DNA from: Planctomycetota bacterium
GTDB lineage: Bacteria; Planctomycetota; Phycisphaerae; Phycisphaerales; UBA1924
NCBI GenBank assembly: GCA_039179915.1
Contig: JBCDEF010000001.1
Coordinates: forward strand, 1-53,036
Length of the DNA stretch: 53,036 nucleotides
Direction of reading: 5' to 3'
Shown here: one piece after another, positions 25,306 through 32,915 of the stretch
Position numbering within the stretch: the stretch's first letter is position 1
How the letters are laid out: every line of letters begins with the position of its first letter
The notes under the pieces: model-generated
What the model saw: only the letters and a program-made list of their open reading frames with translations
What the model was told of the DNA's origin: nothing
The model's database searches: none
Translations under genes and position numbers: made by a program

Positions 25306-25992
25306 TCAGGCCCCGTCGGACGCGGCCACCATGCCCCGCGTCCGCAGACGCTCAAGCAATTCCGCTGCCAGCACGGCGTCGTTCTTCTCGAACTCGCCAA
25401 TCACCGCCGCCCGCTGCCGCGGCGGCAGGCTGTTGAGGTACGACACCGCGACCGGCGTGCCCTCAGGCTGCGTGTTGATCGTCTCGAGCACGACCGAATA
25501 TGCCTGCTTCGGACGCATGCTCATCAGCGTCTGGAGCGCGGTCTGGAACTGCGCATCGCCCTCGATGCGCAGGATCTGCTCGCGCTGTGACTCGAACGCC
25601 TCGCGCTCAGCCACGAACAACTCGCGAGACTTGTCCAGCTCCGCCCGCTCGATCGACAACGCTCGGCGGAGGTCGTCCACCTCGCGCCGCATCCGCTGGA
25701 TCGTCTGGCGGTCCGCCTCGCTCGACCGCAGCTTCCGGTCGATCTGCTGCTCGGCCGTAAGCGCGATGCTCGAGAGCGCCTGCTCCGCCGCGGCCGCTTC
25801 CTGCCGGGCCTGCTCCTCAGCGGCGGCCTCGTCACGGTCGCGCTGCGCCGTCGTCGGCCCGAACAGATCAAGAAACTCCGTCCAGCGCCGATCATCGAGC
25901 CGGCCCGACGCGATCACCCAGCCCACGCCCCCGACAAGCAGCAGCAGGTGAAGCGTGGCCAGCACCCCGATCGCACGCAGCATCGTCTTCAT
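25306..25992 (-). CDS. YlxF/FlbB-like flagellar protein (N-terminal TM, coiled coil, MgtE_N-like C-terminus)
   Basis: Located between fliJ and fliK, as B. subtilis ylxF and Borrelia flbB are. TM helix AIGVLATLHLLLLVGGVGWVIA and C-terminus MSMRPKQAYSVVLE...LNSLPPRQRAAVIGEF. Confidence 0.55.
   Translation of the reverse strand: MKTMLRAIGVLATLHLLLLVGGVGWVIASGRLDDRRWTEFLDLFGPTTAQRDRDEAAAEEQARQEAAAAEQALSSIALTAEQQIDRKLRSSEADRQTIQRMRREVDDLRRALSIERAELDKSRELFVAEREAFESQREQILRIEGDAQFQTALQTLMSMRPKQAYSVVLETINTQPEGTPVAVSYLNSLPPRQRAAVIGEFEKNDAVLAAELLERLRTRGMVAASDGA
25356..25371 (-). promoter_or_regulatory. sigma-54-type promoter candidate TGGCAG-cggaa-TTGCT upstream of fliK (inside the 3' end of the ylxF-like gene)
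   Basis: The minus strand reads TGGCAGCGGAATTGCT with exact GG-N10-GC spacing. The -12 GC is ~57 nt upstream of the fliK ATG at 25300. Confidence 0.5.
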
Positions 25993-26465
25993 CCAGCCTC
26001 CCGGGCCCGGTCACGCCCCGGCTGACCGCCGCGGGCGTGACGCATCGTCGTCAGATCATCATCGGCGATCGCCTCGGCGTGCTGGATCCCGCGCCGGAAG
26101 GCATCGAGCCTGCGGTCGCGGAGCAGCTCCATCGCCCGCCTGGCCGCTGCGGCCTGAGCCAGCTCCTGCCGAGCCCGCTCGGCCTGCTTGAGCACCCCGG
26201 CAAGCTCGACCGCGAGCGCCTGGGCCCGAGCCCTGGCCGCCGCGAGCGCGACCGCCTGGCAGCGGAAGCTGTCCGAGGCCGCGCCGCCCCGACCCAGCGT
26301 GGCGAACGCGTCCCGCTCGGCCTCGATCGAACGCTGCTCGGCGGAGAGCGCCGCCTCGACTTCGATCCGCTGCCGCTCGACAGCCGCCGCCTTGTGCTGC
26401 GCCGAGCGCTCGGCCTGCTCGCGCTGGCGGAGCACCGGGTCCAGCTTGAATCTGAACCGCTTCAT
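25989..26465 (-). CDS. fliJ: flagellar export chaperone-like protein FliJ
   Basis: 158-aa coiled-coil protein (KRFRFKLDPVLRQREQAERSAQ...) immediately after fliI, with 4-nt overlaps on both sides. Confidence 0.65.
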   Translation of the reverse strand: MKRFRFKLDPVLRQREQAERSAQHKAAAVERQRIEVEAALSAEQRSIEAERDAFATLGRGGAASDSFRCQAVALAAARARAQALAVELAGVLKQAERARQELAQAAAARRAMELLRDRRLDAFRRGIQHAEAIADDDLTTMRHARGGQPGRDRAREAG

Positions 26466-27844
26466 GCCGCGGGCACCTCGGCCGGTTCACCCGCACTCAG
26501 CCGCCGGAGCAGCTCGCCCGATTCCATCGACAGCTTCAGAAGCCGGTCCTGCGCCTCGCCGAACGCGGCGGACTCGCCCGCGCCCTGGCGGAGCAGGTCC
26601 ATGATCCTCGGGTGGTACGCGACCGCGATGTCCGACTCCGGGTTCGAGCCCCGCGCGTACGCCCCGATCTGGACCAGCTCCTCGATCTCCGCGTAGGCAC
26701 CCATGAGCCGCTTGACGTGATCCCGCGCGGCTTTGTGCGGGCCCTCGATCACCTGGTCCGCCACCCGGCTGATCGAAGCCAGAACATCGATCGCCGGGTA
26801 GTGCGCGCGCTCGGCGAGCTTTCGTGACAGGACGACATGCCCATCGAGGATGCCGCGGGCGGCGTCGGCGACCGGGTCGTCGAGGTCGTCGCCGTCGACC
26901 AGCACGGTGTACAGACCGGTGACCGATCCGCTCCCTTCCGCGGGCCCGGCGCGCTCCAGCAGCACCGGGAGCTGCGCGAACACGCTCGGTGTGTAGCCCT
27001 TTGTCGCCGGCGGCTCACCGACCGACAGCCCGACCTGCCGCTGCGCGTGCGCGAAGCGCGTGACCGAATCCATCATCAGCAGCACATCGCGGCCCATGTC
27101 TCGAAAGAGTTCGGAGACGGCGCACGCCAGCCAGGCCGCACGGATCCGCATCAGCGGCGGCTCGTCGCCCGTCGCGACGATAAGCACCGAGCGGGCGGCG
27201 CCCTCCGGCCCGAGCGAGTCCTCGATAAACTCGCGCACCTCGCGGCCGCGCTCGCCGATCAGCGCGATGACGTTGACCTCCGCCGAGCTCCGCTGCGCGA
27301 TCGACCCGAGCAGCGTGCTCTTGCCGACGCCCGAGCCCGCGAAAATGCCGAGCCGCTGCCCCCGGCCCAGGGTGGTCATCAGGTCGATCGCCCGGATACC
27401 CGTGTGGATCGCGCGGTCGATCCGGCCGCGCTGCATCGCGCGGACCGGGAGCACGTCCAGCCGGCAGGGTCGCAGGTCCCCCACCGCGCCGCCGCCGTCG
27501 ATCGGTCGGCCCAGCGCATCGATCACCCGGCCGAGCAGCCGCGGGCTGATCGGGGCGCTCGGGAACGGGCTCATCGCGGCAACACGGTCCCCAGCTCGGA
27601 TGCCGCCGGCCGAGCCGAAGAGCATCACGACCGCCCTCGACCCGTCGAAGCCGACGACCTCGCCGTAAACAGACCCCGCCGCGCTCGGTGCGAGCTCGAC
27701 CATCGAGCCGACCGGCACGGACAGCGCCTCGACGAGCACCGTCAGCCCGCGCAGCGACGCGACACGCCCGGCCACACGCATCGGCTGCGCCGACGCCACA
27801 AGCCCCAGCGCGCCGCGCAGGCTATCGCTGCCCCGCCCGCTCAT
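26462..27844 (-). CDS. fliI: flagellum-specific ATPase FliI
   Basis: Walker A GIFAGSGVGKSTLLG, Walker B VLLMMDSVTRFA, and F1-beta-like sequence throughout. Confidence 0.97.
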   Translation of the reverse strand: MSGRGSDSLRGALGLVASAQPMRVAGRVASLRGLTVLVEALSVPVGSMVELAPSAAGSVYGEVVGFDGSRAVVMLFGSAGGIRAGDRVAAMSPFPSAPISPRLLGRVIDALGRPIDGGGAVGDLRPCRLDVLPVRAMQRGRIDRAIHTGIRAIDLMTTLGRGQRLGIFAGSGVGKSTLLGSIAQRSSAEVNVIALIGERGREVREFIEDSLGPEGAARSVLIVATGDEPPLMRIRAAWLACAVSELFRDMGRDVLLMMDSVTRFAHAQRQVGLSVGEPPATKGYTPSVFAQLPVLLERAGPAEGSGSVTGLYTVLVDGDDLDDPVADAARGILDGHVVLSRKLAERAHYPAIDVLASISRVADQVIEGPHKAARDHVKRLMGAYAEIEELVQIGAYARGSNPESDIAVAYHPRIMDLLRQGAGESAAFGEAQDRLLKLSMESGELLRRLSAGEPAEVPAA

Positions 27845-28617
27845 GCGGCCAGGTCTCCGCGGCCCTCACGCGGCGCGGGGTGCTCAAGCTCTTCGGGTGC
27901 GGACGATTCGCATTCGCTCGGCAGCAGCAGCTCCGCCAGCCGATCGAGCTGCGTGCGCAGCGTGGCGTCGATCTCGCCGCCGCCGCCCGTACGCACCACG
28001 CAGGAGCCCTGGGCCAGCGAGGCGTCCTCGATCATCTCGGCGTGCTGCACGTTCGACGCCTGCTCCGCGATCCCCGGCAGGTGCGCCCGCACCAGCTCCG
28101 CGTCGCCCGGCGCGACGGCGATGGTCACCCGTGTCGGCGAGCCGACCTCGCGCAGCGCCGAAGCGAGCTGGTCGAGCACCACCGAACCGTCGGCATCGAT
28201 CACGCGGTGGGTCACCCGCTCGGCCAGGCCGATCGCAAGCCGCAGCACATCGGCCTTGCACGCGACCAGCAGGTCATCTCGGTCGGCCGCGAACGCCCGC
28301 AGCGCCTCGGCCCAGGCGGCCTCGAGCGCAGCGAGCCGCGCGCCCTGGGCCTCAGCAGCCTCGGCGGCTCCGCGCTCCTCACCCGCGGCACGCCCCTCGC
28401 GGAGCCCCGCCTCATGCCCGGCCTTCCGCCCGACCGCTTCGGCGTCGGACAGCAGCCGTGCGCGCTCCGCCCGGGCCTCGGCCACGATCCGTTCCGCCTC
28501 GGCACGGGCCGTCGACAGGATCGCCTCGGCCTGCTTTGACAGGTCGGCCAGGTCCAGCACCACCGCGTTCTGCGCGAGCGTGCCCGCCGCGTCGCCCTTG
28601 ATCAGTCCCACCGCCAA
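27841..28617 (-). CDS. fliH: flagellar assembly protein FliH
   Basis: Located between fliG and fliI. Ala/Glu/Arg-rich coiled coil (AEAILSTARAEAERIVAEARAERARLL) and a C-terminal FliH-like domain. Confidence 0.68.
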   Translation of the reverse strand: MAVGLIKGDAAGTLAQNAVVLDLADLSKQAEAILSTARAEAERIVAEARAERARLLSDAEAVGRKAGHEAGLREGRAAGEERGAAEAAEAQGARLAALEAAWAEALRAFAADRDDLLVACKADVLRLAIGLAERVTHRVIDADGSVVLDQLASALREVGSPTRVTIAVAPGDAELVRAHLPGIAEQASNVQHAEMIEDASLAQGSCVVRTGGGGEIDATLRTQLDRLAELLLPSECESSAPEELEHPAPREGRGDLAA

Positions 28618-28632
28618 GCCTCCACCGCGTCG

Positions 28633-29673
28633 CTAGACGATCAGCTCCGAATCGCCGCCGCGGCCCTGGATGATGATCTCGCCCGCTTCTTCGAGCCTGC
28701 GGACGATGTCCACGATCCGCTGCTGCGCGCTCTCGACATCGCTGACCCGCACTGGGCCCATGAACTCCATGTCCTCGCGGATCATCTCGCCCGCCCGCTC
28801 CGACATGTTGCCCAGAATCTTGTTCTTGAGCTCCTCGCTCGCGGTCTTGAGCGCCAGCGAGAGCTCCTCGTTGTCCACTTCCTTGAGCACCGATTGGATG
28901 CCGCGGTCGTCGACCAGCAGCACGTCCTCGAAGACGAACATGAGCCGCCGGATCTGCTCGACCAGGTCCGGGTCCTCGACCTCGAGGCCCTCGAGGATCG
29001 CCTTCTCCGTCGAGCGGTCGGCGAGGTTGAGCACCTCGGCCACCGCCGGGATGCCGCCCATCTTTTCCGACGCCTGCCCGAGCATGTTGCTCAGCCGGCT
29101 CTCCAGACCCTTCTCGACCTCGCGAACGACCTGAGGGTTCGTCTGTTCCATGTTGGCGATCCGCTTGATCACCTCGATCTGCTTCTGCGAGGGAAGGCCG
29201 ACCAGGATCTCGCTCGCCTTGTGATGCGGCAGGTGGCAGACGATCAGCGCGATCGTCTGCGGGTGCTCGTCCTGGATGAACGTCAGCAGGTTCTCGCTCT
29301 CGGCACGCTGCAGGAACGAGAAGGGCGTCTTCTGCACCTGCGTCTGGATCTGCTGCATCACCTTGGCGGCGACCTTGGGGTCCAGCGCTTCGGTCAGCAG
29401 CAGCCGCGCGTGGTCGAGGTTGCCTTCCGAGGCGTGCTGCATCGCCGTCGCGGTGTGATAGAACTCGCCGACGATCGCTCGGGTCAGCTCCGGCGGCACG
29501 CGGCCGAGCCCCGCCAGCTCACGCGTGACGATCTCCACCGTCTCGCCGTCCATCGACTTGAGCACCACCGAAGCCTGCTCCGGCGGCAACGCGACGAGCA
29601 GGATCGCCGCCTTGGTCAGGCCCTCAAGGTCATCCGGATTGGTCGGGAGCTTCTCGCCCGGTCGGCGTGGCAT
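28633..29673 (-). CDS. fliG: flagellar motor switch protein FliG
   Basis: AAILLVALPPEQASVVLKSM, FIQDEHPQTIALIVCHLP and the C-terminal torque-helix region SERAGEMIREDMEFMGPVRVSDVESAQQRIVDIVRRLEEAGEI. Confidence 0.96.
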   Translation of the reverse strand: MPRRPGEKLPTNPDDLEGLTKAAILLVALPPEQASVVLKSMDGETVEIVTRELAGLGRVPPELTRAIVGEFYHTATAMQHASEGNLDHARLLLTEALDPKVAAKVMQQIQTQVQKTPFSFLQRAESENLLTFIQDEHPQTIALIVCHLPHHKASEILVGLPSQKQIEVIKRIANMEQTNPQVVREVEKGLESRLSNMLGQASEKMGGIPAVAEVLNLADRSTEKAILEGLEVEDPDLVEQIRRLMFVFEDVLLVDDRGIQSVLKEVDNEELSLALKTASEELKNKILGNMSERAGEMIREDMEFMGPVRVSDVESAQQRIVDIVRRLEEAGEIIIQGRGGDSELIV

Positions 29674-29700
29674 GGTGTCAGGACCTCAGCGGCGGGCGGG

Positions 29701-31410
29701 CTACGGCTCGGGATCGACCCAGCGGGACAGCAGCTTCGCCGCCGTCTGCGGGCTCTCCTCGACCAACGACTGCACTTCCTTCATCAGGTTCGCGGCATCG
29801 AGCTCTTCCTGGTTCAGCTCGATGCCGTCCAGCGGCGTGTCGGACTCGGCCGCCTCGCCGACGATGTCACCCGCGTTTTCCAGCGCCGGCGGTATGCCAA
29901 CCAGTTCTTCCGCCGACGGCAGCTCGGCCGGCTTCGTCGCCTTCTTGACCATCACCAGCATCATCACGATCGCGACCGCGGCCAGCACGCCCAGCATCGC
30001 CCGCTCGATCATCGGTGCGCCGACGCCCAGCATCCCGCCCGCGCCGCCGACGCTCGCAAACCCGAGCGCCCCCCCGCCGCTGTCCGCGGCCAGCAGCATC
30101 GGCGGATCGACCGACATCAGCCCCACCGCCACCTGCCCGCTGCGGACCGGGTCGGCCGTCCCCGCCCGCATCGGCAAGTGCGGCTCAATGATCGAAGCGA
30201 TCCTCGCCCGCTCCTGCTCGAACCGGGCCTCGATCGATGCCTCGTCCGGCTCGGGCGGCGGCTCGGCGCCCTCCTCGGCCGGCCCGGCCGAGAGCAGCGA
30301 CGCAATGTACCCGCGAGGCACCTGCACGGAGACATTCAGCGCTGTCGCCATCCCGCGCGGGTCGACCGTGCTGGTCACCTCCGAACCGAACCTCGCCTCG
30401 GACCGGCTCCGAGCGTCCTCGGCGGTGAACGCCGCGTCGGGCCCCTCGGCGGTCTGGATGTCAGCGCCGGTGTTGGGTCGCACGCCCGCCTCGCCGCCAT
30501 CCGAAGCATCGCGCTGCTCCTGCGCGTCGAGCGCGTCCTCGACAACGATCGCGACCGAGCCCTCACGCTCGTTGAGAAAAGCCTCGCGACGGCTCGTCAC
30601 CCGCGTCACGTCGACCTGCGCCGTCACCGCCACCGACACACCCGGGATGTGAGACAGCAAGCCCAACACTTTCCGCTCGAACTCCCGCTCGACCTTCTGC
30701 TGGTGCTCAAGGTAGCTGGTCGCGAGCACCTGATCGTCGTCGGTCGGACGGAGGTGCCGTCCGGTCGAGGCATCGACCACCGAGACATTCTGAATCTGCA
30801 GCCCCGAGACCGCGCGGGCGACGAGCCGAGCGACCGCGTCGACCTGCGTCTGCCGCACCGCCCCGCCGTCCGAACTCGACACGCTGACCGAGGCCGTCGG
30901 CTGCCGGGCCGCCAGGCCGATACCGACCGGCTCGGGCACATCAAGAAAAACGCGGGCCTGCCGCAGCGATGGGAAGTTGGCGATCGTCCGCTCCAGCTCG
31001 CTCTGCAGCGCCATCTGGACCATCTGGCGGTTCATCTCCCGCGGGTTGGTCCACTTCATGTGCTCGCTGAGCGTGCCGAACAGGATCGCGCCGTCGTTGG
31101 GCAGCACGCCGCTCTCGGCCAGCATGCCGCGGGCCATGTCCGCCTGCCCGGGGGGCACGACCAGCCTGCCCGCGGGGTCCATGTCCGCGTCGATGCCGCT
31201 GCCGGCCAGCCGGGTCATCGCCCGCTGCTTCACATCGGCATCGGCGCCCGCGTAGATCTCTACCCGGTCCGGATCCGAGGCCCACAGGTTTACCAGCAGC
31301 AGCGCCATCACGAGGATGACCGCACCGGAGAGCACGAGCAATCTGGCCGTGGGCGTCAGCTTGCCGAGCTGCTCGCCGATCGACGCCAGTATCTGCCTGA
31401 GCCGTTCCAC
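29701..31410 (-). CDS. fliF: flagellar MS-ring protein FliF
   Basis: 569 aa. N-terminal TM helix (ARLLVLSGAVILVMALLLV), ring-building motifs and a C-terminal TM helix plus FliG-binding tail. GTG start. Confidence 0.95.
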   Translation of the reverse strand: MERLRQILASIGEQLGKLTPTARLLVLSGAVILVMALLLVNLWASDPDRVEIYAGADADVKQRAMTRLAGSGIDADMDPAGRLVVPPGQADMARGMLAESGVLPNDGAILFGTLSEHMKWTNPREMNRQMVQMALQSELERTIANFPSLRQARVFLDVPEPVGIGLAARQPTASVSVSSSDGGAVRQTQVDAVARLVARAVSGLQIQNVSVVDASTGRHLRPTDDDQVLATSYLEHQQKVEREFERKVLGLLSHIPGVSVAVTAQVDVTRVTSRREAFLNEREGSVAIVVEDALDAQEQRDASDGGEAGVRPNTGADIQTAEGPDAAFTAEDARSRSEARFGSEVTSTVDPRGMATALNVSVQVPRGYIASLLSAGPAEEGAEPPPEPDEASIEARFEQERARIASIIEPHLPMRAGTADPVRSGQVAVGLMSVDPPMLLAADSGGGALGFASVGGAGGMLGVGAPMIERAMLGVLAAVAIVMMLVMVKKATKPAELPSAEELVGIPPALENAGDIVGEAAESDTPLDGIELNQEELDAANLMKEVQSLVEESPQTAAKLLSRWVDPEP

Positions 31411-31434
31411 CGATCGGCCTCCGTGCCGCGGGCC

Positions 31435-31595
31435 GCGCGATCCTCGCGCCGCAGATCTTCAAAGCACACGATCCGCCCGGGCCACCGCGGCCCACGGAAC
31501 CGTCCACGATCAGAGTCTCGGGAGTTTGATGTGTCCGGCTTGAATCACGGCACACACTGCGCCGAAGCGCAAGAATCGCCGCGCAGGTCCTGCGC
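31435..31595 (-). other. three GC palindromic hairpins in the 218-nt fliE-fliF spacer
   Basis: 31581-31595 GCGCAGGtCCTGCGC; 31558-31571 TGCGC-cgaa-GCGCA (UUCG loop on the minus-strand RNA); 31435-31449 GCGCGA-tcc-TCGCGC. Confidence 0.4.
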
Positions 31596-31628
31596 TGCCG
31601 CAGCCGCCCGGCGTCCGACCGGCTCCGG

Positions 31629-31931
31629 TCAGACCCGCATCTGCTGCACCTCGCGGTACGCCTCGAACACCTTGTTGCGGACCTGCTGGAGCAGGCGGAA
31701 GGCGGTGTCGGCCTTGGCGGTCGCCAGCAGCACGCCCTCGACGTCGTCGCGGCGGCCGGTCTGCAGGTCCTCGATCGCCCGGGTCGCGTCTTCCTGGAGC
31801 TCGTTGACGCGGTCGATGTTCTGCATCAGCAGCTCGCGGAACGCGCCGTCATCCTTGCTCTGGGCGCGCTGCGGCGGGCTGAGAGGGTTCACCCCGCTGC
31901 TGCCCGAGACCAGACCGACACGATCGCTCAT
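31629..31931 (-). CDS. fliE: flagellar hook-basal body protein FliE
   Basis: 100 aa. FRELLMQNIDRVNELQEDATRAIEDLQTG...LLATAKADTAFRLLQQVRNKVFEAYREVQQMRV. Confidence 0.88.
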   Translation of the reverse strand: MSDRVGLVSGSSGVNPLSPPQRAQSKDDGAFRELLMQNIDRVNELQEDATRAIEDLQTGRRDDVEGVLLATAKADTAFRLLQQVRNKVFEAYREVQQMRV

Positions 31932-31964
31932 CGTTCATCAACCTCCGGGCGGCGCCCCGATCGC

Positions 31965-32381
31965 TCAGGCGATCAGCCGCAGACCCTGACTGACCATCGA
32001 CTTGAGAGCCTCGGCAGCCGCAACGTTTGCTTCATACGCCCGGACCGCCTCCATCGCGTCGATCTGCTCGGTCGTCGTATCGATATTCGGCTCGCGGATG
32101 TACCCCTGCTCGTCGGCGAACGGGTTGTCGGGGCTGTACCGCAGGCGGAACGGGGCCGGGTCCAGGCCGATCTGCTTGACCTGCACGCCCAGCTCGCGGC
32201 CGCGCTCGGACCGGGCCGTCGGGTCGCCCGGCGCGAAAAACGCGATCCGACGCCTGTACGGGTTGTACTCGCCGTTGGCGTCCAGGATCGCGTTCTTGTT
32301 CGCGATGTTGGCCGAGGCGACCTCCAGCCGAGTCCGCTGGGCGATCATGCCGCTCGTCGAGATGTCAAGCCCGCCGTACAT
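31965..32381 (-). CDS. flgC: flagellar proximal rod protein FlgC
   Basis: LDISTSGMIAQRTRLEVASANIANKN and C-terminus IDAMEAVRAYEANVAAAEALKSMVSQGLRL. Confidence 0.95.
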   Translation of the reverse strand: MYGGLDISTSGMIAQRTRLEVASANIANKNAILDANGEYNPYRRRIAFFAPGDPTARSERGRELGVQVKQIGLDPAPFRLRYSPDNPFADEQGYIREPNIDTTTEQIDAMEAVRAYEANVAAAEALKSMVSQGLRLIA

Positions 32382-32398
32382 CGTGTGTTACTCCGGGT

Positions 32399-32848
32399 TT
32401 ACACCCGCTCCGTGATAGCAGCCCGCATCGTGCCGCTGACGTTCCGCATCAGCTCGGTGGCGGTGCGGAACACGCCCTGGTTCTCCGCGATGTCCTGCAT
32501 CAGCCGCTCGAGATCGCGGTTGTTCCGGTCGTGGGTCAGCACGCCGTGGCGGCCCGCCGCATCCGTCGGCTTCAGACGCATCGAGCCGCCCGGCCCGAAG
32601 CCGACCGTCCGGGTCGGCCGGAGCGTCAGGTCGCCGTGCTGGCCGCCGGTCCGCGCCCTGCGGTCATCGATCGCCCGGGAGAGCATTGCCTGGAAGCCGG
32701 CCACATCCGCGTCCTTCTGCTGGAAGTTCGGCGTCGAAACGTTCGCGACGTTGTGCGCCAGCATCCCCTGGCGGCGTGCCGAGAACTGGATCGTCGCCGC
32801 CAGCGAGGGCAGGGCACCGGCATTCGTTACATGATCGATCGCGGTCAT
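32399..32848 (-). CDS. flgB: flagellar proximal rod protein FlgB
   Basis: ATG at 32848 preceded by GGAGG. RRQGMLAHNVANVSTPNFQQKD rod N-terminal motif. Confidence 0.9.
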   Translation of the reverse strand: MTAIDHVTNAGALPSLAATIQFSARRQGMLAHNVANVSTPNFQQKDADVAGFQAMLSRAIDDRRARTGGQHGDLTLRPTRTVGFGPGGSMRLKPTDAAGRHGVLTHDRNNRDLERLMQDIAENQGVFRTATELMRNVSGTMRAAITERV

Positions 32849-32874
32849 CGGGCATGAGCCTCCGCCGGATACAG

Positions 32875-32890
32875 AGCAAGCCGCGGGCCA
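32875..32890 (-). promoter_or_regulatory. sigma-54-type promoter candidate TGGCCC-gcggc-TTGCT upstream of flgB
   Basis: The minus strand reads TGGCCCGCGGCTTGCT with GG-N10-GC spacing, in the 67-nt spacer between the activator gene stop and the flgB ATG. Confidence 0.5.
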
Positions 32891-32915
32891 GCCGGGCCCG
32901 CTCCGCACAGGGCGC

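Noticed and set aside
28894-31989. 1031-aa plus-strand ORF spanning the fliG-fliF-fliE region
   Set aside because: It is antisense to three well-supported flagellar genes and its composition is dominated by Arg/Leu/Asp/His/Pro runs. This is a typical shadow ORF of a ~70% GC genome, where stop codons are rare.
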